A stretch of 64,000 bases of DNA from Balanoglossus misakiensis (lineage: Eukaryota > Animalia > Hemichordata). The stretch is from positions 9,661,625-9,725,624 of the forward strand of contig CM082579.2 of assembly GCA_040954595.2 (NCBI GenBank), read 5' to 3'. The notes beneath the pieces are model-generated. The model saw nothing but the letters and a program-made list of their open reading frames with translations, was not told the origin of the DNA and ran no database searches. The position numbers and the translations under genes were made by a program. Below are positions 39,601 through 64,000 of this stretch, piece by piece (positions within the stretch are counted from its first letter, which is position 1; each line of letters begins with the position of its first letter).

Positions 39601-42496
39601 TTTATTTATATGTCAACAGTGCATAACGGTATGTAAATATGGCCAAGGATTGTGTTATTATAGTGTAGTTTTGGAGGCTGTGTTGTTACCTTGGCCATCA
39701 AGAAAGATTCTGCAGTCTATGTTTGGTCAAAATGTATTAGAAAGCGATTGTAGAATTGAAGGTACCTACTTCAGAATGAGCACTTGATGTGTAACCCCCC
39801 AAAAATGTTTGTCGTCTGCTTGTGTCGCTCTAACAGCAAGTGCCGGCTGATGTGGATGCGACCTCAGTCGGTAAACGTATCAGCACCAAACGATTGGGAA
39901 AGTGGGAAAGAGATGACATCACCGACGAATATAAATTTGCAGAAGGTATGTCAGATTGGCCATACATTGAGCAAAACTTGACACTACATTCTCTTTTTCA
40001 AAGACACATTCTACAAAGTTGAATTCAGTTCAGTTTGATGGGTGAAATGTTCATGTCCGTTTTGCATTTTCCCACAGTGGCAGTCATATTCCTTTGCAGC
40101 AAAGCTTAATTATTTATCTGGTTATAACTTGCATATGCACTCATACTTTGGGAGTATAATACCTGTGTATGTATATACTTCAGTGCATACCTCTGTATGG
40201 TCTAATGTTAGTACAGTTTTGATAATAAAATTCATGATAACTTCCCAAAACTTGCAGTTCCTGGGCTTAAACTGAATTACTTGTATTTTTTTCTCTGCTA
40301 CTAGGGTCTGAAAAGGAGAGAATCTCGGTGATGACAGCCAGCAAGCATGTGAAGTCAGCCAAGAAAGTCTACAAGGACATCAAGAAAGATGTCCGATTTG
40401 AGTTGGATGTGCCCGATGAGGTCATGATCGGAAAGGATGTGGAAGTTGCAGTCAAGATCACCAACGATCACATGACTGACGCCCGCGACGTCTTTGTCAG
40501 CGTGACCTGTAATTCTGTGCGCTACACTGGGGTCAAAGTGCACCAAGTGCTTTCCAAGAAAGATACGGTGAAGGTTGGCCCGGGAGAAAGTGAGTCATCA
40601 AGTTTCAGTTGTTCTCAGTGGAATTATTCCTGCTTCTAACAGGAGAGGCTTTTGAATATATCACATTAAAAAAAATAGTTTTATGACAAAATATTGTTAA
40701 ATGTTTATCGTATTTATGTTTAAAAACAAAGAGTTGTAAATATGAAGACTTGATTATCCAATTTTCTCATTTTCTGAAAATCTCTGATTACTGCATTACC
40801 CATGTTTCAAAATTCTAACATTGAATTATTTCAGCAACTTGAGTCAATTTGTGATTTTTTCTAGAATTTTCTTTGCATCAGTTAATTTTCTTGTATCACT
40901 CGTGAATGTGTCGCTCGTGATATTAGTTTAGACTCAGAGGACAGGTCACAGTGTTATCGTGTGTTACCACACAGACACTTCCTATCCATCAGTTGGGGTT
41001 TTATCATTATGGTTTAGGTAAAGTTTCTGGAGGGTGCATATCCAGGGTAACCGTCATAGAACCATGATTACTACCTGATATTTTAGAACCGTACCAATTC
41101 TCCAAAAAATGGCAACAAACTTTAACGATAACTCATGTGCCTTGCCTTTTCCCAATTTTTCTCTCACCAGCTACAACCCACAAAGTGCTTATCACTGTGA
41201 AGGACTACAAGGAAAAGCTGACCGAGCATGCCGCCTTGAAGTTCTTTGTTATGTGCGGAGTCAAAAGTACTGGTCAAACTTTCGTCGGACATGAAGATTT
41301 CAGATTCCGCAAGCCAGAACTGAAAATTACCGTGAGTCCTGTTGTATAATAATTATTACCAGGCTGTTTCATCTGGGTCAATGTTCAGCCTGAAAATGTG
41401 CACTGTGAGAGAGTCGAATATGTCTCCTCAATTCTGGCTGCCTTATATAGGTTTTCACTTTGCGCTAGGGGGTCAAATCCCATTGCATTCTGGGCGAAAA
41501 GTCGACAACCCACTGTAGTAAGAGATAGAAGAAATGATATGTTTACTGTATATCATGACTTCCTTTGGTCAAACATTTCTGTCTGTGTAGTTACCATATT
41601 AAACTCATTAAATTTTTTTCTGTTAAAAAGTTTCAGAATGACTCATCACTGTAGCTTATTGAACTCGAAGTTGTGTCGACCATATGAGATTTTCATCACT
41701 TACTTAGGTAGCTTAAAACCTATTTAAGGTAGGGAGAATTGGATCGCTTTGAGAGTTGCTAGTTATTGATCAGGCATTTTTTTTCCCTTCACAGACTGAC
41801 CCATCAGGAACTCTCACCAAGGGAGAGCAGTTCAAGGCCACTGTTATGTTTTCCAACCCACTGCCAATCACTCTACAGTTCTGCTCGTTCCGTCTAGAGG
41901 GCACTGGCATTGAAGGACAAATCAAGAAAACCACCAGGTTAGTCTCGGTCTTTGCGGGTTAAATACCAATTGTGGAGATGCTTTACAACCGACTTGTCTA
42001 AATTCAAAGAGCTTGTGTGCTTATTCCAATATTCTTACAAAATGTGAAACCCTGTCACCACCATGATTTGGTCAAAATACATTGATTTCTGTGGTGAAGT
42101 TGTACCTCTGTAGATGTAACTGGGGGTGAAAGGGTTAAAGGCATACAGACTCCTGTAATTTATATGGTCATGTGATGATCGACTGGTATACCTCACATTA
42201 TGGTGTCAGTCCCCTCTGATACATCAACCAGAATATCCCAAACATTGCAACAAGACGCGGATAGCTGCGAAATGATCCCATGGAGATGAAAATTCCGACA
42301 GAACTAATTCCGATTCTTTCCTGTCGCCAGGAACGTGCCGGCTGGCAAGGATGCCGAGCTGGAGATCAAACTGACCCCCAAGCGCGTCGGCAAGAGTACG
42401 CTGATCGCCAGCTTCCACTCCTATCAGCTGAGTGGCGTCACTGGCTCCGTCGACTTGGACATTGCTGAAGAGGAACAAGAAGACACCAAGGAGTGA
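33687..42496 (+). CDS. Protein-glutamine gamma-glutamyltransferase (transglutaminase, TGM1/F13A/annulin family; 14 exons, ~736 aa)
   Basis: Exons 33687-33822, 35050-35232, 35709-35957, 36382-36500, 37508-37615, 37836-38010, 38445-38583, 38810-38913, 39289-39422, 39837-39945, 40305-40589, 41171-41331, 41795-41937, 42331-42496. Motifs [14 protein letters not shown] and IFNPWC; catalytic Cys in YGQCWVFAG, His in WNFHVWND, Asp in [12 protein letters not shown]; two C-terminal beta-barrels. The first exon is the least certain. Confidence 0.92.
42047..42138. mobile_element. ~90-bp short repeat with CCC...GGGTTAA ends (piggyBac-like MITE); related copy at ~18695-18785
   Basis: aaccctgtcaccaccatgatttggtc...ggggtgaaagggttaa; a similar caccaatatggtttggtcc...gggattaaaggtttaa lies at 18.7 kb. 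Confidence 0.45.
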
Positions 42497-42721
42497 GAGA
42501 TGTAGAGGGGTGGACAGCATAAGAAGGGGGGGGGGGGGGGGGGGTTGTAGTGACATGTAGGTTGGAATGAGATTAAGAGTTAGGGCCTGTATCAACCCCG
42601 TTTCTCATTGGACACCCCCTCCCCTCCAGAAAAGATGGATTGCGTGCAACCATCGAACATTAATAGTAGTTTACAACAGAAGAGAGCGCAGTGGCAAATG
42701 TAGAGTACCACTGATAGAGTT

Positions 42722-42857
42722 CAGTGTTCTCCCCAGAACAATTAAAGAGTACCGGTACTGGTAATTTGGAGAAAACAAATTCGGTACTAGTTATCATAAC
42801 ACTTATGGTTATGCAAATTAGATAATACTGTATCAGAAATTCCTGGGGAGAACACTG
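42722..42857. mobile_element. 136-bp MITE with 15-bp perfect TIRs and 5-bp TSD (hAT5-like)
   Basis: GAGTT|CAGTGTTCTCCCCAG ... CTGGGGAGAACACTG|GAGTT in the transglutaminase 3' region. Confidence 0.85.
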
Positions 42858-44779
42858 GAGTTATTTACAGACAGAGTACTGGTACCGGTAATATATTGGC
42901 TTACACCATTTTTTTTATTTTACAAAAGGGGAAATCTTCGAAAGGGCTTTGTTTATAAGAGGTAGATTTTTATGATAACTCTCTGACGATACTGAAATAT
43001 ATGCTTGATTTTGATGACACCAGTGAATTGTATGCGCCTATTCTAATACAATGTTGTATTATAGGGCTATGTAACACTGTAAGTTGTTTTTTGATGTCTG
43101 AGTTTTCTTTCAAAATCCATCTGCTTGAATTCCTATCCTGAGTATATTGTACACATTGCTAGTGATTAGTTTTACACATTCTAACGTCCTTCAGATTTTG
43201 AAACATCAAACCTGACAATCCACTCCTCAGATTTAACCCTGTCATGCTTGTGCAATGACTGGTATCAGCATTGGCCTTCAGCTTCAAAAACGCACAATCT
43301 TCAGAAACAAATGCTAAACATACGTTGTCAGTGGCGATTTAAACTTGAAACAGTTTGGATGACAATAGCCTTCAAGATAGTTTCAGTTCTCTGTGATTTT
43401 TCCAAAATTTCACACTGTTGAGTTAAAAACTTTGAAAGGCTCAAAATAGTAGTTTTCACCATGAAGCATTTTTTTCTCGCTCTCTGTAACCAGTTTTGTA
43501 ACTTTAATGCAATGCTTTTAGTCGTGCATATCCTCACTTTCCAGGCTGAAGAAAATGTTCAGAATGACGGGTATAGATCATCTCAGTGTAAATGAATGTC
43601 TTTTATCAGCTAGAGGCTGCCTAACAGGGTAAGGTTCTGCAAAAAAAAAAATTGTTTGCCTTTAACATCCTCACACAACCGGAATCCCAACTTAACTTAT
43701 ACAACTCTCTCTCTCTGTTTGACAATCAGTTCCATCAGGAAAAAAAATCACCAAATATCGCACACACAGGAAATGAATCAGTTCATGTTCTACCTTGGAC
43801 ATTTGCACGATTGTCTGATATTGGTAATGCTATGGTACTAGTCAGAGACTTTCCTATGATCGCTTTAGGCATTTGGGAAATGTTTTGTATTGGTCCATCA
43901 CAAGTATTTAGCATGGGTGACCCAATACCAGGAGGTATGCAATGGTTGCTAAAAATAGAAGAGTCAACGTGGACTAGGCTGACATATTATAACAAGTTTA
44001 CCACAAACTTTTTTTACAAAGTCAAGTACGAAAAAATAAAAAACATTCCATTTATTCTTCACCGCACTAATTGCACTGTAGTATAGCGGAGTATACTAAA
44101 CTAGAAACACCTCCAAGCATTCTTTCAGAAATGTAACATATTGATCAGTGCACATCAGGAATACCGGTAATACGAGTTACTCTTTAATTAATAAATCTCA
44201 GAGATAGATCTGCTATGTAAAATTTACCACAGCAAGCACCAGCCAGCTTCAGTAGCTTTAGATAACACAAACTTCATTCAGGATTGGGTTCTGCACACGA
44301 CATGCCTTGAACTACTGAAGTTGGGCATGTGTATGCTGTGCCTGGTGTTGGACATTGCCATAGATGTTATATTTTTTATCGTTTTATCAGGAAATTGTGA
44401 GAACTTCAGATTTATTGTATTCTTTCATTCACAACAGTTTCATAATAAATATTAACCCAGAATATTGTTTTCTGTGTTGTCAGTTTTCTATCCAGTTCAC
44501 ATGAAGTTCAAAGAAATTTTATTTGCAGAAGATACATTTCATAAAAGCTTTTTTTTTGGGGGGGGGGGGGTAATCCATTTGATTTGGGGTGGGAAGCTGG
44601 AGAAAATGGGGGTGGGAGAAATGATTCCTCTACCATAGTGATGACACTGAATTTAGTTAGATTGTGCTGGAACATGGAGTGTCAACGGCTCACTTCTGTC
44701 TACGGTCTTCCTCTTAGAAAGAGAAACATTCCATGTTTTGTTCGCCCAGCTGTCAGTTTTCATGTGCATGCGGTAAAGC

Positions 44780-44945
44780 CATCCTTTCCGTCCCAATCCG
44801 CTATGTGGCGCTATTCACTGACCCCTTGACCCTTTATTATCAAGATGGCGGCCTAGGACGTGAAACGACGACGACGAGTGGATTGTCGGCAAGTTGAAGT
44901 AGAAAGTACCCAATGCTGGACGCCACACCAGGAAGTTGTTTTATT
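44780..44945 (+). promoter_or_regulatory. Upstream duplicate of the ZNF promoter/first-exon region, with a YY1 site
   Basis: ccgctatgtggcgctattcactgaccccttgaccc matches ~45742-45775; perfect CAAGATGGCGGC at 44841-44852; ggacgccaca is present in both copies. Confidence 0.5.
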
Positions 44946-45026
44946 TTCGCTTTCCATTTGGCGTAGTGCAGCCAGTGGTGAGATTTGGGCAGGGGGACCA
45001 GACTATGAAGGGGGTGGGGGAAATAT

Positions 45027-45219
45027 TGTAAAATAAATGGCTCGAAACTTCGATTTTGTGGACTCAAAAGTTGGGGGGGGGGGGCAAAAGTATGTGACCC
45101 CCCTAAACGTTTCTAAAAAAAGATGAACCCCCTTTATGGATTTAAAAATTTAAGTGACCCCCCCCCCTCCCCTCTAGATTTTGCCGGCCCCCTGACCGTA
45201 AAAACTGAACTGTCCCTTA
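45027..45219 (+). repeat. Dispersed repeat (copy at ~57329-57480)
   Basis: Shared blocks aaataaa.gg..cgaaact, attttgtggactcaaaag, gggggcaaaagtat.tgacccc, aaaaaaagatga and aaaatttaagtgaccc. Confidence 0.85.
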
Positions 45220-45386
45220 CATACCCTCAATTCTCCCCCGTGCCGGAACTGGAATATGGACCTGACTGCACATTGCTACATGTATCTCCTTCTCTGCATG
45301 AGTGGACACTGATTTAGAGACCCGGGACTGCTGTGTGAAAAAAAAAACGTAAATCATTATCAGTTTGAGGCTTGTGGGTATATTTA

Positions 45387-45698
45387 AGCAATAAAACACC
45401 CCCAGCCATGGTATACCACGAGATTTTGACCAGTTCACGACATATACGCACGAGCGATAGCGAGTGCGTATATGGAGTTGAACTGCTCAAAATCGAGTGG
45501 TATACCATGGCTGGGGGTGTTTTATTGCTATTATATTATGCCAGTATATTGAAACTTTGCATAAAACATTTTAAAAAGGAATTTTCTTTGACTATGATAT
45601 ATGACTGTGGTATATGGCTAATATATCATGGTCACGTGTCGTGTCTCGACCAATCAAATAGCGTGATTTACACCATCAATATACTGGTATAATATAAT
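45387..45698. mobile_element. Double-hairpin non-autonomous element (Crypton-like architecture)
   Basis: A 143-bp near-perfect palindrome (45387-45529) with a central cgagcgatagcgag loop, abutting a second ~22-bp inverted repeat pair (45531-45552 and ~45676-45698). Confidence 0.65.
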
Positions 45699-45865
45699 AC
45701 GTAATACTCGTGTCCTGCGGCTCTTTCGTTTTCTGTTCACCCCGCTATGCGGCGCTGTTTACTGACCCCGTGACCTTTAACCCGGCCATGGTAAGATCGA
45801 TCCTAGTACAGTGAAAGGAGGGCGCGAAAGTGCAGAGCAGATTGTCGACCAGCGGAAACTTCCAG

Positions 45866-48800
45866 ATGGACGCCACATCAATGAGTCGTTTTGTTACCTG
45901 CAACCACTTGACAAGTGCTGGTTTGTATTATCTATTACTACATATGTTCCTGTTGAATTCCAAATAACATTGTTTCTAGGAATTCGATCCCACCTAACAT
46001 TAACAACATTAATCAACGACCATTGAAATTTTGCATGCACAAAGACAAAGACCTTATCCCCAATATCAAATTACACGCAATACTTGGTCTTCCATACCTC
46101 CATGCACATTCTAAACTAATTTAGGAATTTCCGATCAATTTTTGATTTTCTTGAACAGACATCAGTGTTTATACTGTATCATAATTTGTCTTTGAAGTTC
46201 ATTCACACACACCTCGAAACAGTCATTTCCAGAAAATTTCATCATCTCTAAAACAAACAGTGAAACGTTTTTGCTCGAAGGAATTTGTGTTTCCTCCCAA
46301 AAAATCAGCTGATCAGAAACACACACTTTTGTAAACCTCTAATTATTATTCCTTCACTTGTGTTCAGTGTTTTCAAATAGGGATGGTACAAAAAACGTTG
46401 TTGTTGGATTGTGGAATTCTGAAATTAGTTTGGAATGTGTTACGTAATTGTTAATGCAAGCTGTGTGTTATGCAGTCAATGTCAACTTCATCCACACCAC
46501 CTCGGGGTACAGTAGGGGATTTCGACATGAGTCATGAAATCGGCTAAATGCCACACACCCTCGGGCAAGACAGCCTAGCAAATCCCCCACCTTCCCAAAT
46601 CCCAATGGGTGGGGCATTTAGTGCTTGATTCTTTACTATCAATCACGTGATCTGGCAATGTGTCACATGGCGCAGTCATTTCCAGATGACGGGCAAGCAA
46701 TATTTCGGCATCCAGTAAAAGTTTTTCTGAGTATGTTTTTACTTTAGAACCGCCAAACACATAACATGTATCGGGTATGTTGCCTCATCAGCCTCATTGC
46801 ATTTCGTCTGCACAGTCTTTGTCTGCACCACGTAAGTCCACGTTGCTGAAGTTGCCCGTCATCTGGAAATTTGAATGCGAACGTAACTGCCACCTGAACG
46901 CGTCTGACGTCATTTGATAGCGAAGAATTGTGAGGGTTACTCCGGTCAAAATGAAGCAATCCCCTTGTGCTTAGTTCCCTAGCAAACCACATCCAATCCC
47001 CCACATTTGTCCTGTATCGCCAGAGGTGGGGCCCCTCATGGTTTACATTGACTGCTGTATTACAGTTGAAATCTTTGATAGAGAACAGTGTAGACCCTGC
47101 CAGAGTCTATGAGAACAGTAAGTACAACATGTAGTTTATGTATATTAGGTTATTATGTTTATTGTCTCTATAACTATAATGGTTGTGCATATCTACTTGC
47201 AATTAATCTCTATGTAGATAACATTTAACAACAGATATAAGAAAAGGAATTTGGACTTAATTGAGTGTTTGAATATAACACTTTCTTTTGACTTAATTAC
47301 GGGGTATGGTACCTGCCGCAGTCACAAGTCATTTAATACGTTCTACTCACTATGACCAAGTTGGATATCTTTTGTTTCTTTGCCACATGTGTATTTTGAC
47401 TTTAAAGGCTAAATTTATCTGTATCCAAGGTTTACATGTATGTCCAGCTTGCTCTAATAAAAGTTACCAGCAGAGGCCACTAAGTGTTGACTCAGTTGTC
47501 GAAATATTTGATAATTCCAGGCTTGGTACCAGTTCAGATTCTCCATGGTCAAGATATGCCTAGAATCAGGGGGGGGGGGGGGATATGAAAAAGATAGTTT
47601 GCTACTGCCTAGGCGCTGTTAGCGTTAAAGGGCCCAAACTTTACAAATGTGGACCAAATGAATAGTGAGATATTGCCGACAATCGCACATGCAACTAATT
47701 CTAGTATAGGCGTACCAGTGCTTTCTGGGATGCCAATATTATCTGTAAACGGGTGTCAACAAAAAGTAAAACAATTTATCTGTTGTTCACCCTAGCACAC
47801 AGAATATGTTGTTGAATGCTTATGCTCTAATTCTTTCAGACTGTTCTGATTTGGGTATACAGTACAGAACTTTAAATGAGTCGCAGGAACTTGGCAGACT
47901 GTTGGAAACATCACAAAGTGACATAAGGCAACGATTTGAAGATGGTCAAATAACACTTCCGGGTAAGTAAGCACAATTTCACTGTTACATTATACCACAT
48001 GACTCGTACTCTTATCCTGTCAAATACTGAAAACATAGCGAAAAAGTTACAGCTTATGGAGTTTTAATTCTTCTCTGTCCATTATCACCAGAGGATCAGA
48101 CTGCATTTGTGTGATGGCAGTGTTCTCCGCGGGTTCTCTGTTTTCATGATATCAACAGAGGCAACTGTTACACGAGAAGTAATTTTTGCGTTTTCTTATC
48201 TCATTCACTGCATCGTTATCTCCAAAAAGCATTTTACGCGACTTTTTATTATCACGTTTTTTGGGGGGGGGGTTCTCACGTATTTCACGAACATTTATTG
48301 CTTGCAAAAAAATAGCCCGTTTTACAGTAGCTACTGTTTCCCAGCTGATTGTATACCATCTGCATACAGATATATTTGGTTCACGCACACATTTACTTTA
48401 TTTTTCTTTTATCCAACAGATGTGTCACTGATTATCCACACCCTGGCACTCTGTGGCCATATTGAATTGAACCCACCAGACGATGTTAGAGACGTTGATC
48501 AAGAACTTCGGAGAGCAGAGATGCAGTATAGTGATGGTAGAAATGGACAGTGCTCGGGACGATCAGAACTTGAAGAGTGTTGTCCCACCGGCCATAACAA
48601 TGATGCACTGCCACTTAGTCAGCCAAATCCCGACTGTTTGGAAAACAACACACTGGCATCTTCTGAACAGGCTAGTCAGTTATGGGGACGTCAATACGCA
48701 CAAAATTCATATGAAGCACCAGTTCTTGATAGGAATGAAATGTTTGAGCTATATACCGGTGTCTCAAGACACGCACACTCGACTGGAAGGGAATTTACAA

Positions 48801-49960
48801 GCAGTGAGTTCAACGGTGTACAACAGCAGATCCAATCAAACGAAGTGCTGTATGCATGCAATGAATGTGGGGAAACTTTCTCAGTGCGCGGGGAATTCAA
48901 GGCGCACATGAGGATCCATCCAAAAGAACGACCGTGCGTGTGCAAACAATGCGGAAAAACTTTCATTCGTGTTCACAATCTGCAGAATCACATGTCGGGC
49001 CATGCATGTGAAAGACCGCTGTCATGCAGTGAGTGTGGGAAAACTTTCGCAAGCCACAGGACCCTGAAGTTACACATGAGGAGGCACACAAATGAAAGAC
49101 CATACTCGTGCACTGAATGTGGAAAAACTTTTTGTCAACCTAGCACTCTGAAAACGCACATGAAGGGCCATTCAAATGATAGACCGTTTTCGTGTAGTGA
49201 ATGTGGAAAAACTTTTACTCTGGGTTGTGATCTAAAAAGGCATATGATTATACATTCAAATGATAGACCATATGTGTGCAATGAATGTGGGAAAAGTTAT
49301 ATTCTTAGTAGCCATCTCGAGCAACACATGAGGACCCATTCGAATGAAAGCCCATTTTCGTGCAGTGAATGTGGAAAAACTTTTTCTCTGGGTTGTAATC
49401 TAAAAAGGCATATGCTCATACATTCAAATGAAAGACTTAGACCATATTCATGCTCTGAATGTGGAAAAACATTTACTCAGAAGAGCCATGTGGGGGACCA
49501 CATGAGGATCCATCTAAATGAAAGACTATTTTCGTGCAAAGAATGCGGGAAATCTTTTAATCAGAGCAGCTATCTAACAAGGCACATGCGGACACATTCC
49601 AACGAAAGACCACATGCATGCAGTGAATGTGGCAAAGCTTTTAAAGAGAGTAGTGATCTAACAAAGCACAAGAGGATCCATTCAAGCGAAAGACCATTTG
49701 CATGCAGTGAATGTGGGAAAGCATTCCCTGTGAATAAGGAACTGAAGATACACATGAGGATCCATACAAATGAAAGACCATACGCATGCAGTGAATGTGG
49801 GAAAACCTTTCGTCAGAAAACACATTTGAAGAACCACACCAGGACCCATTCAAATGAAAGACCATTTGCATGCAGTGAATGTGGAAGAACATTTCTTCGT
49901 CCTGACTATCTGAAGAATCACATGAAGATTCATTCAAATGAAAGACCATATCCATGCTGA
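45866..49960 (+). CDS. C2H2 zinc-finger protein, 13 tandem fingers (~572 aa)
   Basis: Main exon 48420-49960 follows the acceptor ...tttatccaacag and encodes 13 CxxC-x12-HxxxH fingers with mostly (S/T)NERP-type linkers. An open phase-1/1 exon lies at 47840-47962. A candidate first exon 45866-45920 (MDATSMSRFVTCNHLTSA, phase-1 donor) is less certain. No KRAB, SCAN or BTB domain recognised. Confidence 0.85.
46472..47055. mobile_element. MITE-like element with 15-bp TIRs
   Basis: GCAGTCAATGTCAAC ... GTTTACATTGACTGC (14 of 15 positions match). Confidence 0.6.
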
Positions 49961-50616
49961 TGTCCTGTTCTGTTTAATTGTATTAAGAAGAATGACTGTC
50001 ATAATGTTCACATGCCATCCAAAGTTTCTATCCTTTACAATAGAATGGCACAAATTTGTGTGATGATCGACATTTTGGAAGATGGTGGTTCTAGGTCTAT
50101 GAAACAACACAATTGACACAATTTTTGCCCGTACAGGAGGTGCCTTCTATGACATGTGGCTATTCTGAGACGCTGTCAACTCAAGACGTATCCATCTCCT
50201 TAGTGCCAGACAGCAATCAACTGTGATCTCCTTTAGGAAACACTGGAATTAAGTCGTTTGTAATATAAGTAAACCAATATTTTCATTTATATTTTTAGTG
50301 CTTCCAAAATGTAAATTAGCACTATTTTCTCCTATGGCTTGTTATTTTCTATTATTTTTGATATACAGGATAAAATATGTGCGGAAATATCTACATATAA
50401 ATCGTAAAATGTGCATAAGATGAGTTCTATCTTTAACTGTCTGGGATACACATTTAATAACTTTAAATCGAGGTACACATATCTGTAAAGACTTTTTTGC
50501 ACAAGTACACACTCATTGGCAAATAATGCAGCTACTCATATCACCTTTCACACTGCCAGTAAAATAAACAGCGAGATATACACTGACAAACCCGCCAAAA
50601 TAGTGGTCATTAATAT

Positions 50617-63883
<13,267 letters not shown>

Positions 63884-64000
63884 CTGTAACCAGGTTCAGA
63901 TGCCAAAAGAAATCACTTGGCCTAATGCCTTACTCACTCGCATTCAAATGGTGAAATCAATTTACATCAACCCATTTGTCGCACTGCTTACTACGGCGAC

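Noticed and set aside
48107-48419. Hydrophobic N-terminal ~104 aa of the 617-aa ZNF ORF
   Set aside because: Intronic: it has a non-ATG start, contains a small repeat-like element, and precedes a strong acceptor at 48419.
50548-50550. TGA as a selenocysteine codon
   Set aside because: It lies after an in-frame TAG and no SECIS was recognised; decay of a Trp or Arg codon is simpler.

Overview
Intron-rich eukaryotic DNA, inferred to be an invertebrate deuterostome such as a hemichordate, cephalochordate or echinoderm; it is not prokaryotic. Seven spliced genes were reconstructed by hand with consistent GT-AG boundaries and phases. They are PCF11 (-, 14 exons), RAB30 (+, 4 coding exons), DDIAS/noxin (-, 3 coding exons), mitochondrial Asn-tRNA ligase NARS2 (+, 12 exons), a transglutaminase with an intact catalytic triad (+, 14 exons), a 13-finger C2H2 zinc-finger gene (+), and the 3' part of a polycystin-1-like/REJ gene (-, 27 visible exons; its 5' end is outside the window). 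Introns and UTRs hold many MITE-like elements and microsatellites. Best leads: (1) the polycystin-1-like gene stays in frame through an intact GPS site, then stops at a TAG just before a still in-frame TM1, suggesting a secreted ectodomain-only lectin/REJ/GAIN protein; (2) a kringle and an F-type lectin domain are inserted inside one of its C-type lectin domains; (3) a degenerate 2A/StopGo-like peptide lies upstream of the zinc-finger array; (4) PCF11 intron 1 pairs a weak donor with a canonical poly(A) site, suggesting conserved autoregulation; (5) the PCF11-RAB30-DDIAS(-NARS2) block mirrors human 11q14.1.
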